This document shows, piece after piece, positions 39,589 through 49,348 of a DNA stretch of 64,000 nt. The translations under genes were made by a program, and so were the position numbers. The stretch is from a bacterium (GTDB taxonomy: Bacteria; UBA8248; JACPRG01; G963555815). The stretch lies in the NCBI GenBank assembly GCA_965261595.1, contig CBDHDG010000004.1:704001-768000 (forward strand), read 5' to 3'. Positions within the stretch are counted from its first letter, which is position 1; each line of letters opens with the position of its first letter. Under the pieces are notes generated by a model. The model was not told the DNA's origin, did not search any database, and was given only the letters and a program-made list of their open reading frames with translations.

Positions 39589-41883
39589 TCAAGCGTTTTT
39601 TCCTCGGAGGGCGTCGAGCACCCGCTCCGCCGTCACGGGAAGCTCCCTGATCTGGACGCCGATGGCGTCGAACACGGCGTTGGCGATGGCCGGCGCCGTC
39701 GGGACGATCCCCGGCTCGCCCACCCCTTTCGCGCCGTAAGGTCCCGTCGGCTCGCCCTCTTCCACGAGCAGCGCGGCGATCTCCGGCGTGTCCATCGAGG
39801 TGGGAATTTCGTATTGGGCGAAATCGGCGGTCAGCATCCTGCCCGTTCCGGCTTCGAAGACCAGCTCCTCCATCGTTCCATAGCCGATCCCCTGGGCGAC
39901 CCCGCCCTCGACCTGCCCCTCGACGACGAGGGGGTTCAGGGCCCGGCCCACGTCGTGGGCGGCGACGAAACGCACGAGCTCGACCTCGCCCGTCTCCGGG
40001 TCCACCTCGACCTCGGCGAACTGGGCGCCGAAGGGCGGCGCGTTGGTGGGCGGCGTATAGTCGGCGCGGCCGACGATCTCATGCGGCGCGTCGCCGTATT
40101 GGGCGTCGAAGGCCACCGCGCCCACGCTCAGCGTCTTGCCCGGCGTCGATTTCACGGTGACCTCGCCGTCCACGATGTCGAGGTCGTCCACCGAGGCCTC
40201 GAGCATCTTGGCGGCGTGCTCCAGGACCTGCTGCCGCGCGTCCGCCGCGGCCAGCTTCGCCGCCATCCCCCCCACGTAGGCCTGGCGCGTCGCGTACGCC
40301 CCGTTGTCGTAGGGAGAAAGGTCGGTGTCGATGACGCGGTTGGTCTCGACATCGTCCAGCGAAACCCCGAACGCCTCGGCCGCCACCTGGGCGGTCGTCG
40401 TCTCGATCCCCTGGCCGGTGTCGGCGACGCCCATGCTCAGTTGAAGACCCCCGTCCTCGAGAACCCGGGCCGTGGCCGAGGAAGCCTCCAGGGCGAACGG
40501 GGCCGCGCCGCTGGCGATGGTAAAGACGGCCGCGCCGACGCCGCGCAGCTTCCCGTTGCGCCCGCCATTCGCCGACCGCTTCTCTTTCCAGCCGATGGCC
40601 TCCGCCCCCGCGTCGATGCACTTGCGCAGCTCGCAGGACTCGATGGTCCACTGCGTGGCCGGATGCACGTCCCCCGATCGGATGTGGTTCTTCCGGCGCA
40701 GGTCCAGCGGGTCCATCCCGATCTCCCGGGCCAAGTGGTCCATGTGCAGCTCGGAGGCGTACGTCCCCTGCGGAACGCCGTAGCCCCGGAAGGCCCCGGC
40801 GATGGGAAGGTTCGTATAGACCGTCCGGCCGTCGAAGAGAAAGTTCGGCGAGCGGTAGAGCCCCACCCACATCGCGCCCAAGTAGGCGGTGACGATGGGT
40901 CCGTGGCTGCTGAACGCGCCCGTGTTCGCGACGGCGTGAAGGGAGCGCGCCGTGATGACGCCGTCCTTCGTCACGCCCGTTTTCGATGTCATCACGTAGG
41001 GGTGCCGGTGCCGGGTGGCGCTGAACGTCTCTTCCCGGGTGTATTCGAGCTTGACGGGGCGGTGTCCCGCCGCTTTCGACAGCAGGGCGCAAAGCGGCTC
41101 CTCCTGCATGTCCTGCTTGCACCCGAACCCGCCGCCGACGATGGGCTTGAACACCCGAATCTTCCGCACGGGGACGCCCAGGGCATCGTGCATCAGCCGG
41201 CGGAGGGTGAAGGGAATCTGCGTCGAGGACCACACGTTCAACTTGCCGGTCGCCTCGTAGTGGCAGATCGCCACGACGGGCTCCAGCATGGAGTGCGCCT
41301 GGCCGGGGACCTCGCACCGGGTCTCGATGACGAAATCGGCCTCGGCGAACCCCTTCTCGACGTCCCCATCCTCCATGCGGATGACGGCCACCGTGTTCTT
41401 GCCGTGCTCAAGATCCTCCTGGATGTCGACGGCGTCTTCCGCCACGCTGTCCACCGGGTCGAAGCACGCGGGGAGGATCTCATACTCGACCTCGATGAGG
41501 TCGATGGCCTCCCGGGCGAGGTCATTCGTATCCGCGGCGACGGCCGCGATCTTGTCGCCGACGTACCGCACCTTGTGGTCCAGGATGAACTGGTCGTCGG
41601 GCGTGGGGTCCGGGGGGGGGTGGCCCGCCGTGGTGAACTTGTTCCGCGGGACGTCGTCCGGCGTGATGACCGCGCGCACGCCGGGAAGCGCCAGCGCCTT
41701 GGACGCGTCCACCTTCAGAATCCGGGCGTGGGCGTGCGGGCTCCGCAGGATCTTCGCGTGGAGCATCCCCGGAAAGGTCATGTCCACGGTGTAAATCCCC
41801 GTGCCGGCGGCCTTGTCGGCGGCGTCCTTCAACGGCAATCCGTGACCGACGACTTTCAAAGGCTCAATGCCCATGCCTATCAA
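39589..41883 (-). CDS. Xanthine dehydrogenase family molybdopterin-binding subunit
   Basis: GGGFGCKQ, AFRGYGVPQ, GAKGVGE. Confidence 0.92.
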   Translation of the reverse strand: MIGMGIEPLKVVGHGLPLKDAADKAAGTGIYTVDMTFPGMLHAKILRSPHAHARILKVDASKALALPGVRAVITPDDVPRNKFTTAGHPPPDPTPDDQFILDHKVRYVGDKIAAVAADTNDLAREAIDLIEVEYEILPACFDPVDSVAEDAVDIQEDLEHGKNTVAVIRMEDGDVEKGFAEADFVIETRCEVPGQAHSMLEPVVAICHYEATGKLNVWSSTQIPFTLRRLMHDALGVPVRKIRVFKPIVGGGFGCKQDMQEEPLCALLSKAAGHRPVKLEYTREETFSATRHRHPYVMTSKTGVTKDGVITARSLHAVANTGAFSSHGPIVTAYLGAMWVGLYRSPNFLFDGRTVYTNLPIAGAFRGYGVPQGTYASELHMDHLAREIGMDPLDLRRKNHIRSGDVHPATQWTIESCELRKCIDAGAEAIGWKEKRSANGGRNGKLRGVGAAVFTIASGAAPFALEASSATARVLEDGGLQLSMGVADTGQGIETTTAQVAAEAFGVSLDDVETNRVIDTDLSPYDNGAYATRQAYVGGMAAKLAAADARQQVLEHAAKMLEASVDDLDIVDGEVTVKSTPGKTLSVGAVAFDAQYGDAPHEIVGRADYTPPTNAPPFGAQFAEVEVDPETGEVELVRFVAAHDVGRALNPLVVEGQVEGGVAQGIGYGTMEELVFEAGTGRMLTADFAQYEIPTSMDTPEIAALLVEEGEPTGPYGAKGVGEPGIVPTAPAIANAVFDAIGVQIRELPVTAERVLDALRGKNA

Positions 41884-41920
41884 CCTCCTGTTGTGGCTGG
41901 GACACTTACGCGCCAGCCAA

Positions 41921-42442
41921 GGGCGCTTGCGCGCCGGCCAAGCTGCGGATGGAGGGGGTCGTGCTCATGACAACCTCTCTGGCGCACGGCCTTCCGAGAG
42001 TCCAACGAGCAGGTCCGCGAGTGCGGAAAGCCGACACCGAGTTTCTGGCCCCGCCGCCGGGGCGGGCGCGGGTCGGTTGACCCTCCAGCCCGCCTTCCAA
42101 TGTCGGCCAAGATGGCCGCCCTACCCTTACGATGGCCGAATGCCGGAGCGTTCCGGAGGAAGGTGGGCATTTGAACAAAGCAAGAAACCACCGCTGGCCA
42201 CAAACGGATTCTTTAGCCAAACCAACACCCCGCCCAGAAAGGCGAAACCAAGGGTCAACCGATCCGCGGCTTAGCCGCTGAAAGTTTTTCTGGGGGTTAC
42301 CAACCCCTGGGAGGGGGAACGTGCGAGGTCAAGTTTTCGCACTTGCGTGCTTGGGCGCATCAATCCACGGATTGTGTGCGCCGACCAGGGTGCGATAAAG
42401 ACGATCACCTTCATCCGCAGCTTGGCCGGCGCGCAAGCGCCC
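41921..42442. repeat. Nested inverted-repeat element (MITE/REPIN-like)
   Basis: About 115-bp ungapped diverged terminal IRs (outer ~31 bp identical), inner IR 42067-42084/42251-42268, REP-like copy at about 42104-42126. Confidence 0.7.
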
Positions 42443-42446
42443 CGGG

Positions 42447-42920
42447 TCAATACTTTCCTTCCGCGACGGCCTCGATGGCGTCGATGATCTTCACGTATCC
42501 GGTGCACCGGCACAGGTTGCCCGAGATCCCCACCTTGATCTCCTGGCGCGTAGGCTTCGGGTATTCCTCCAAAAAAGCCTCCGCCGCGCAAAGCATCCCG
42601 GGCGTGCAAAATCCGCACTGGATCGCGCCCAACTCGATGAACGCCTCCTGAAGCGGATGAAGGGAATCCACGCTCCCCATCCCCTTCACCGTGCGCAGGG
42701 CCTTCCCGTCCGCCTGGACCGCGAGCATGCAGCACGTGTTCTCCGCCTGGCCGTCCACCACCACCACGCAAGCCCCGCAGTCCCCCTTCTCGCAACCGTT
42801 CTTCACCTCCGTCGCGCCCAGCTCGTAACGAAGCGCGTTCAGAAGAGACAGGTTCGTCGGAAAACTACGCTCCATCTCCTCGCCGTTCAACGTGAATTTC
42901 ACCGTCCGCTCTTTGTCCAT
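42447..42920 (-). CDS. (2Fe-2S) small subunit of xanthine dehydrogenase family
   Basis: GCEKGDCGAC, QCGFCTPG, GNLCRCTGY. Confidence 0.93.
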   Translation of the reverse strand: MDKERTVKFTLNGEEMERSFPTNLSLLNALRYELGATEVKNGCEKGDCGACVVVVDGQAENTCCMLAVQADGKALRTVKGMGSVDSLHPLQEAFIELGAIQCGFCTPGMLCAAEAFLEEYPKPTRQEIKVGISGNLCRCTGYVKIIDAIEAVAEGKY

Positions 42921-42964
42921 GATCCCTTTTCTTTCGGGCTGGCGCTTTGCACAAAAAATGCGGG

Positions 42965-43828
42965 TCAGGCCTCTTGGCCCGAGGCCCGGCGAATCAGACG
43001 CTTCGTCAGCACGTCGCACATCAGCGTACGGTACTCCGCCGACGCCCGAATGTCGTCGATCGGCGTCGCCGCTCCAGACGCCAAACGGCCGCACTCCTCT
43101 ATCACCGATTCCTCCGGAGGACCGGAACCGGTCAGCAATCCCTCCGCCGCAGATATCCGTATCGGAACCGGCGCCACCGCACCAAGAGATATCGCCGCGC
43201 CCTCGCAACTCCCGTTCGACATCCGGAGAACCACCGCCGCGCTCACCACGGAGATCGCCATCGCCTTGCGGCGGCCAAGCTTGTAGTACCCGTAACCCGA
43301 GCCCGAGCCCAAACCCTCGAACTCGATCTCCGTCAACAACTCGTCCGGACGACGTACCGTCTGCCGCACCCCCGTCACAAATTCGTTCACCGCCACACGG
43401 CGCTCACCCGATGCGCTCTGAAGAACCGCCACCGCGTCCAGCGCCTGAAGCGGCGGAATGCAATCCGCCGCAGGCGAGCCGTCCATCAGGTTCCCCGCAA
43501 CCGTCGCGCGGTTCCGGATCGGTGGACCCGCAAAGCTCAACGCACACTCACGAAGAAGCCCCGCCTTCTCACCGATCAAGTCCGAGCGGAGCAGGTCCTC
43601 GACGCTCGCACGTGCGCCCAGCTTGATCTTGCCCCCCTCCTCGCGAATGTAGCGAAGGGAGTCGATGTAACTCACGTCCACCACCACTTCCGGAAGCTTC
43701 TTCCGGTCCCGTATCTCCACCACCAGGTTCGTGCCGCCGGAAAGAACGTGCCAGCCCTCTCCAGCGTCCTTCATCACCTCCAACGCCTCCTCCAAGCTCC
43801 GAGGCGCCGTGTAATCAAAATTCTTCAT
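42965..43828 (-). CDS. FAD-binding subunit of xanthine dehydrogenase family
   Basis: SGGTNL, IRNRATVAGN, DDIRASAEYR. Confidence 0.93.
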   Translation of the reverse strand: MKNFDYTAPRSLEEALEVMKDAGEGWHVLSGGTNLVVEIRDRKKLPEVVVDVSYIDSLRYIREEGGKIKLGARASVEDLLRSDLIGEKAGLLRECALSFAGPPIRNRATVAGNLMDGSPAADCIPPLQALDAVAVLQSASGERRVAVNEFVTGVRQTVRRPDELLTEIEFEGLGSGSGYGYYKLGRRKAMAISVVSAAVVLRMSNGSCEGAAISLGAVAPVPIRISAAEGLLTGSGPPEESVIEECGRLASGAATPIDDIRASAEYRTLMCDVLTKRLIRRASGQEA

Positions 43829-43872
43829 CGCTCAATCCTGTCGGTGTCGGATGGCGTGTTTCCATCCAATCG

Positions 43873-43888
43873 GGTGACTTGATTCACA
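43873..43888. promoter_or_regulatory. Possible CRP/FNR-family binding site
   Basis: GGTGA-N6-TCACA (9/10 match to TGTGA-N6-TCACA) upstream of the FAD subunit gene. Confidence 0.35.
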
Positions 43889-43943
43889 ATCGGGAATCAC
43901 GCGACGGATGATACCACAACCATCGCCGCACATCGGACAACCC

Positions 43944-45293
43944 CTAGTAATCCCGCTCCAGAAACCGGCCCGTTCCCGGCTTGCCGGTGATTTCCCCGTC
44001 CCGGGCGCACACCTGGCCCCGGACCATCGTGAGCTCCGGCCAGCCCCGGACGGTCTTCCCCTCCCAAGGCGTGCAGTCGGAGATGTGGTTCAGGTCGGCG
44101 GCGCGAATGGTGACCTCCCGCTCCGGATCGACGATCACCAGGTCCGCGTCCGAGCCGGGGGCGATCAATCCCTTTCGGGGATAGAGCCCGAACGTCCGGG
44201 CGGGGGCCGCGGAGATGAGGTCCACCATCTTCTCGGCCGAAATCCGGCCGGCGTTCACGCCGTAGTGCGTCATCACCGGGAGCAGCGTCTCCAGCCCCGC
44301 CGATCCGACGATGGCGTCCCAGAAGTTGGGTTTGTGCTTAACGGCGTCCGGGGCGTGATCGGATCCAACCACGTTGATGCACCCCGCCTGAATGGCCGCC
44401 CAAAGGGCCTCGTTGTCTTCGTGGGTCCGGAGGGGCGGGTTGCACTTCCCCAGCACCCGGTCCGTGTCCTCCGCCGCGAGGGTAAGATAGTGGGGACAGG
44501 TTTCCGCGATCAGCCGGACCCCCCGCTTTCGGGCCTCGGCCAGGACGTTGGGCCCCTCTTTGATGGTGATGTGAACGATGTAGAGCGTGGCGCCGGTGAG
44601 CTGGGCGAAGAAGCAGATTCGCCACATCGCCTCCTCCTCGGTGAAATTGGGGCGCACGTCCCGCCACTGGAAGTCGTCCCGGCCCGAGGCCATGAGCTCG
44701 TCCTTGATGACGAAGATGGGCTCGATGTTCTCGCAATGCACGAGGGCGACGGCCTTCTCGCCCAGCGCGGCGATGGCCTGAAGCCCCTTCCAGATGGTCC
44801 CGTCATCGGTCGGCTCGAGGGGCGGCACGGCCTCGGAGCCCCGATAAGGCATGAAGAACTTGAACGAGGGAACGCCCATCTTCGCGACGGCGGGGATCTC
44901 CTCGACGTGGTTCAGCGAAAAGACCACCGCGTGAACGCTGGCGTCGGAAAAAGCGATGGCCTCCCACTTCTCCTTGCGCCGCCGGACGCCTTCCACGAGG
45001 CTGCCCGGCTCGATCATCATGTGCAGGTTCGTCGTCACCCCGCCGGTCACGGCGTTGGACGTGCAGCGGATCCCTTCCTCGAGCGGCCAATCGGGCCAGT
45101 CCCAATGACAATGGGAATCGACGACGCCCGGAACCAGCCACTTGCCGCCCGCGTCGATCACCTCGGCGGCGGACGGCGGATTCGCGTCCGACCCGCACGC
45201 CGCAATCTTCTCGCCGGAAATCCCGACCCACCCCTCGAACCGGCTGCGGGCGTTGATGACGACGGCGTTGTGGATGACGGTGTCGAGGTTCAT
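43944..45293 (-). CDS. Dihydropyrimidinase/allantoinase-like cyclic amidohydrolase
   Basis: DSHCH, SFKFFM, VHCEN, ETCPHYL, SDHAP. Confidence 0.9.
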   Translation of the reverse strand: MNLDTVIHNAVVINARSRFEGWVGISGEKIAACGSDANPPSAAEVIDAGGKWLVPGVVDSHCHWDWPDWPLEEGIRCTSNAVTGGVTTNLHMMIEPGSLVEGVRRRKEKWEAIAFSDASVHAVVFSLNHVEEIPAVAKMGVPSFKFFMPYRGSEAVPPLEPTDDGTIWKGLQAIAALGEKAVALVHCENIEPIFVIKDELMASGRDDFQWRDVRPNFTEEEAMWRICFFAQLTGATLYIVHITIKEGPNVLAEARKRGVRLIAETCPHYLTLAAEDTDRVLGKCNPPLRTHEDNEALWAAIQAGCINVVGSDHAPDAVKHKPNFWDAIVGSAGLETLLPVMTHYGVNAGRISAEKMVDLISAAPARTFGLYPRKGLIAPGSDADLVIVDPEREVTIRAADLNHISDCTPWEGKTVRGWPELTMVRGQVCARDGEITGKPGTGRFLERDY

Positions 45294-45323
45294 TCATTCC
45301 TCCCGAATTTCAGCCCGGCTTCT

Positions 45324-45818
45324 CTAGCCGCCGGACGATTCATTTTCCGGCGACGCCTCCACGGCCGCTGAAACGGCGTCGATGATCCCGGTATACCCCG
45401 TGCACCGGCAGAGGTTTCCCGAGATGGCTTCCCGGATCTCCTCCCGCGTCGGCCGGGGGTTGTCCTTCAGGAACTCCGTCAGGGTCATCAGGAAACCCGG
45501 CGTGCAGAATCCGCACTGGAGGCCGTGATGGGTCTTGAAGGATTCCTGGAGGCCGCTCATGGCCTCCGGCGTCCCCAGGTCCTCGACGGTCCGGATCTCC
45601 CGGCCGTCCGCCTGAACGGCGAACAGGAGGCAGGAGCGCGCCCCGCGTCCATCCACGAGGACCGTGCAGGCCCCGCAAACGCCGTGCTCGCACCCCACGT
45701 GCGTCCCCGTCAGACCCGCGTCCTCCCGGATGAAGTCGCTCAGCAGCTTCCGCGTCGGGACCGCCGCCGTGTAATCCGTCCCGTTGATCCGGACCGTGAT
45801 GGTCCTCTCCCTGCTCAT
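45324..45818 (-). CDS. CoxS-like (2Fe-2S) subunit
   Basis: GCEHGVCGAC, QCGFCTPG, NLCRCTGY. Confidence 0.93.
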   Translation of the reverse strand: MSRERTITVRINGTDYTAAVPTRKLLSDFIREDAGLTGTHVGCEHGVCGACTVLVDGRGARSCLLFAVQADGREIRTVEDLGTPEAMSGLQESFKTHHGLQCGFCTPGFLMTLTEFLKDNPRPTREEIREAISGNLCRCTGYTGIIDAVSAAVEASPENESSGG

Positions 45819-46705
45819 TCCGGGCGCCCTCCCGCGTTCTGAAAGGCCTCGGCGAGACACGCGCGGGTCAGGCGCGCGGCCAGGTCGCGGCGAAAGGCCA
45901 CCGTGGCGTGAATGTCTTCATCCGGGTCGGCCTCTTCTCCGGCGATCCGGCCGGCCTCGTCGATCCGCGCGGCCGTCGGCTCGGCCCCCTCCAGCGACTC
46001 GGACGCCCGGACGGCCCGGACCGCCGTCGGCCCGACGCCCATCAGGGCCACGCTCGCCCTTTTGCACACACCGTCTTCCACCGTCACCAGGGCCATCGAT
46101 CCGGCGATGGCGAAATCCCCGTTCCGCCGGGACAGCTCATGGACCGCGAAGCCTGAGCCGGGCGGGTGAACGGGGATCCGGAAACCCATGAGCAGGTCCG
46201 TCGGCGCCAGCGTCGTCGTCAGGTACGTGACGAAGAAATCCGCCGCCGCTTCTTCCCGGACCTCGCCCGCGGCGTTTCGGATCAGGATTCCGGCGTCGAG
46301 CGCGAGCAGGGCCGACGGGATCTCCCCCGCCGGGTCGTTGTGCGCCGCGCCGCCGCCGATGGTGCTCCGGTTGCGAATTTGGGCGTGTCCAATCCAGGAC
46401 GAAACCAGGGCCAACAGACCGCACTTCTCCCGGATCAGCGCCGATTCCTCCAGGTCCCGGTCCCGGGTCATTGCGCCGATCTCCAGACATCCCCCTCCCT
46501 CCCCCTCCCCCTCGCGGATGTAGGCCAGCTCCTCCACGCCGTTGAGGTCGATGAGCGCCGAGGGCCGGGCGAGGCGGAAATTCATCAGCGGGACGAGGCT
46601 CTGCCCCCCCGCCAGGAGCTTTCCGTCCTCGCCGTGCTCCGCCAGGAGCGCCATCGTCTCATCGACGGTCCGGGGATCGAAGTAATCGAAGGCCACGGGC
46701 TTCAT
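45815..46705 (-). CDS. CoxM-like FAD-binding subunit
   Basis: LAGGQSLVPLMNFRLARP, IRNRSTIGG. Confidence 0.92.
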   Translation of the reverse strand: MKPVAFDYFDPRTVDETMALLAEHGEDGKLLAGGQSLVPLMNFRLARPSALIDLNGVEELAYIREGEGEGGGCLEIGAMTRDRDLEESALIREKCGLLALVSSWIGHAQIRNRSTIGGGAAHNDPAGEIPSALLALDAGILIRNAAGEVREEAAADFFVTYLTTTLAPTDLLMGFRIPVHPPGSGFAVHELSRRNGDFAIAGSMALVTVEDGVCKRASVALMGVGPTAVRAVRASESLEGAEPTAARIDEAGRIAGEEADPDEDIHATVAFRRDLAARLTRACLAEAFQNAGGRPE

Positions 46706-49071
46706 GGACGCGCTCCCCCCTCCCCCTCCCCTCCCCGCTTTTCCCGGAGAAGGCTGTGCAGAATCCCGGGACCCAGGGGAACCGCGTCGATCTCGACGCC
46801 GAACTCGGACAGCGCGTCCTGAACGGCCTGGGCGATGACCGTGGGCGCGGGGATCGTCCCCCCCTCGCCGCACCCCTTGACCCCCAGGGGGTTGATGGGG
46901 GACGGCGTGACCAAGTGGTGAATCTCGACCTCCGGGACCTCCGAGGCGGTGGGGACGCAATAGTCCATCAGGCTCGCGGTGAGCAACGCGCCGCTCTGCT
47001 TGTCGTGAACCAGCTTCTCGTAGAACGCGCCGCCCAGGCCCTGGGCGAAGCCCCCCTTGATCTGGCCGTCCACAATCTTCGGGTTGATCATGTTCCCGCA
47101 GTCATGGACGATGACGTACTTCAGGATTTTAATGTCGCAGCGATCGGGATCGACCTCGACGATGGCCGCGTGCGTCCCGCTGGAGAAGGCCGCCGTTTTG
47201 GGGACGTGGAACTCGGTCGCCTCCAGGCCGGGGATGAAGTCGGCGGGGAGGTTCCCCCGGAGGGGATTCGCGAGACGCGCCACGTCCCGGAAGGTCAGCT
47301 TTCTCGCCGGGGCGCCCTCGACGTAAACATGGCCGTCATTGAAGACAAGGCTTTCAGGCGGCGCCTCCAGCTCCTCCGCGGCGACCTTGGCCATCATCTC
47401 CCAGACCTTCACGGCCGCCTTGTGGACGGCCGAGCCCGTCACGACGGCCGTCCGGGAGGCGTAATTGCCGACCCCCCAGTGGAACTTGTCCGTATCGCCC
47501 GTCGCGACGCGAATCCGGCCGGGATCGATTCCGAGCGCCTCGGCGGCGATCTGCGAAAACGTGGTTTCCGCCCCCTGCCCCGTGGCCCCGCTTCCCGTCC
47601 CCACGAAGACATCCCCCGTCGGCTCGACGTACACCCTCGCGCCTTCATACGGGCCGATGCCGGTCCCCTCGACATAGTTGGCGACGCCGATGCCGACGTA
47701 CCGGCCTTCTTTTCGGTAAGCCGCTTTTCCGCTTTTGCGGAATTCCTCATACCCGACCGCCTCGACGGCGGTGCGCTGGCAGGCGGGGTAATCGCCGCTG
47801 TCATAGATGACGTCCGAGGTGTCCTGATAGATCATCCCCATGTCCCACGGGAACTCGTCCGGCTGAATCAGGTTTTTCGCGCGAAGCGCCAGCGGGTCCA
47901 TGCCGAGGGCCTTGGCGGCCTCGTCGAACAGCCGCTCGATAACGAAGACGGCCTGGGGACGGCCGGCGCCGCGGTAGGGCGTCACCGTGATCCGGTTGGT
48001 GTAGACCGACCGGAGGCGGGACCGGTAGTTCCGCACGCGGTACGGGCCGGGCAGGGTGGTGCTCGTGACGATCCCGACGATGATCCCGTATGGGACGTAG
48101 GCCCCCGCGTCGAGGAGGAAGTCGTCCCGGACGCCGAGGAGGGTCCCGTCCTTCGCGAAGGCGATCTCGGCCTGGTGGACCTGGGCGCGCTCCTGGGTGC
48201 TCGCGAGGAAGTGCTCCCGCCGGTCCTCGATCCACTTGACGGGCGAGCCCAGAAGCATCGCGCAGTGCGGAACCAGGATCTCTTCGGGATAGAAGATGAT
48301 GGCCTTCGGTCCGAACCCGCCGCCCACGTCGGGCGCGATGAGCCGCACGTCGTGCTCCGGCAGGCCGAGGATCTGGGCCAGCCCGGCCCGCAGCGGGACC
48401 GGGGCCTGCGTCGAGACATGGACCTTGAGCTTGCGGTCCCGCGCGTCCCACTCCGCCAGGACCCCCCGGCCCTCCATCGCGATGGAGGCCCCTCGGTCGA
48501 TGACGAACCGCTTCTTGATCACGACGTCGGCCCCGGCGAAGGCCCCATCGGGGTCCCCCACGACCTGGAGGAAATCCGCCGCGACGTTGGAGCCGATCTC
48601 TTCGTGGACGAGAGCCCCCCCCTCATCCAGCGCCGCCTCCACCTCCGTCACCGGCGGGAGGGCCTCGTAATCCACCTCGATGAGCTCGAGGGCGTCTTCG
48701 GCGGTGTAGCGGTCTCCGGCGACGACGACGGCGACCGGCTCGCCTTCATAGCGGACCTTGCCGACGGCCAGCGGGGTCGGCGTCCTGGGGTCCTTGATCG
48801 CGGCGTGCGGGACAAGCTGCGGAAGCGGGGCGGCGAGATCGCCCAGGTCGGCGGCCGTCAAAACGAGCCTTACGCCGTCCAGGGCGCTTGCGGCGTCGGT
48901 CCGGATGGAGCGGATCTTCGCGTGGACGTGCGGGCTCCGCAGGACGGCGGCGTGCAGGCATCCGGGCGGATGGATGTCATCCACAAACCGGCCGCGGCCC
49001 GTGAGGAGACGCGCATCCTCGAACCGGGGCTGGCTCTTACCGAAATAACGGCCCGTCTCGACCCCCTTCAT
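46702..49071 (-). CDS. CoxL-like (form II type) molybdopterin-binding subunit
   Basis: RFEDARLLTG, DVGGGFGPK, PYRGAGRP, KGCGEGG. Confidence 0.92.
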   Translation of the reverse strand: MKGVETGRYFGKSQPRFEDARLLTGRGRFVDDIHPPGCLHAAVLRSPHVHAKIRSIRTDAASALDGVRLVLTAADLGDLAAPLPQLVPHAAIKDPRTPTPLAVGKVRYEGEPVAVVVAGDRYTAEDALELIEVDYEALPPVTEVEAALDEGGALVHEEIGSNVAADFLQVVGDPDGAFAGADVVIKKRFVIDRGASIAMEGRGVLAEWDARDRKLKVHVSTQAPVPLRAGLAQILGLPEHDVRLIAPDVGGGFGPKAIIFYPEEILVPHCAMLLGSPVKWIEDRREHFLASTQERAQVHQAEIAFAKDGTLLGVRDDFLLDAGAYVPYGIIVGIVTSTTLPGPYRVRNYRSRLRSVYTNRITVTPYRGAGRPQAVFVIERLFDEAAKALGMDPLALRAKNLIQPDEFPWDMGMIYQDTSDVIYDSGDYPACQRTAVEAVGYEEFRKSGKAAYRKEGRYVGIGVANYVEGTGIGPYEGARVYVEPTGDVFVGTGSGATGQGAETTFSQIAAEALGIDPGRIRVATGDTDKFHWGVGNYASRTAVVTGSAVHKAAVKVWEMMAKVAAEELEAPPESLVFNDGHVYVEGAPARKLTFRDVARLANPLRGNLPADFIPGLEATEFHVPKTAAFSSGTHAAIVEVDPDRCDIKILKYVIVHDCGNMINPKIVDGQIKGGFAQGLGGAFYEKLVHDKQSGALLTASLMDYCVPTASEVPEVEIHHLVTPSPINPLGVKGCGEGGTIPAPTVIAQAVQDALSEFGVEIDAVPLGPGILHSLLREKRGGEGEGGARP

Positions 49072-49348
49072 CGATTCAGCCCCCTCCCCCCCCATGATCG
49101 TGAACCCCTCAATCGGCGCCTCATGCCTCTGAATCCCGACGGCGGGAATCAAAAGTCCGAGGCGAACATCGCGCGGATCATTTCTCAGGATTTGTCCCAT
49201 GCCGGCCGAAACGGCATTATATTCATTTGCCGCGCTCCAGGAAACCCCGGCCTGGGGGGTCATGTCCACGGAGTCGGGGGAAACCTTGAGCCGTTCAGAC
49301 CGGATTCGCCATGGCGGGCGCCGGCCGGTTACACCTGAAGGATTGCCC

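Noticed and set aside
46702..49071. Aerobic CO dehydrogenase (form I coxL)
   Set aside because: The active-site loop is PYRGAGR, not AYxCSFR; no large subunit here has the form I motif.
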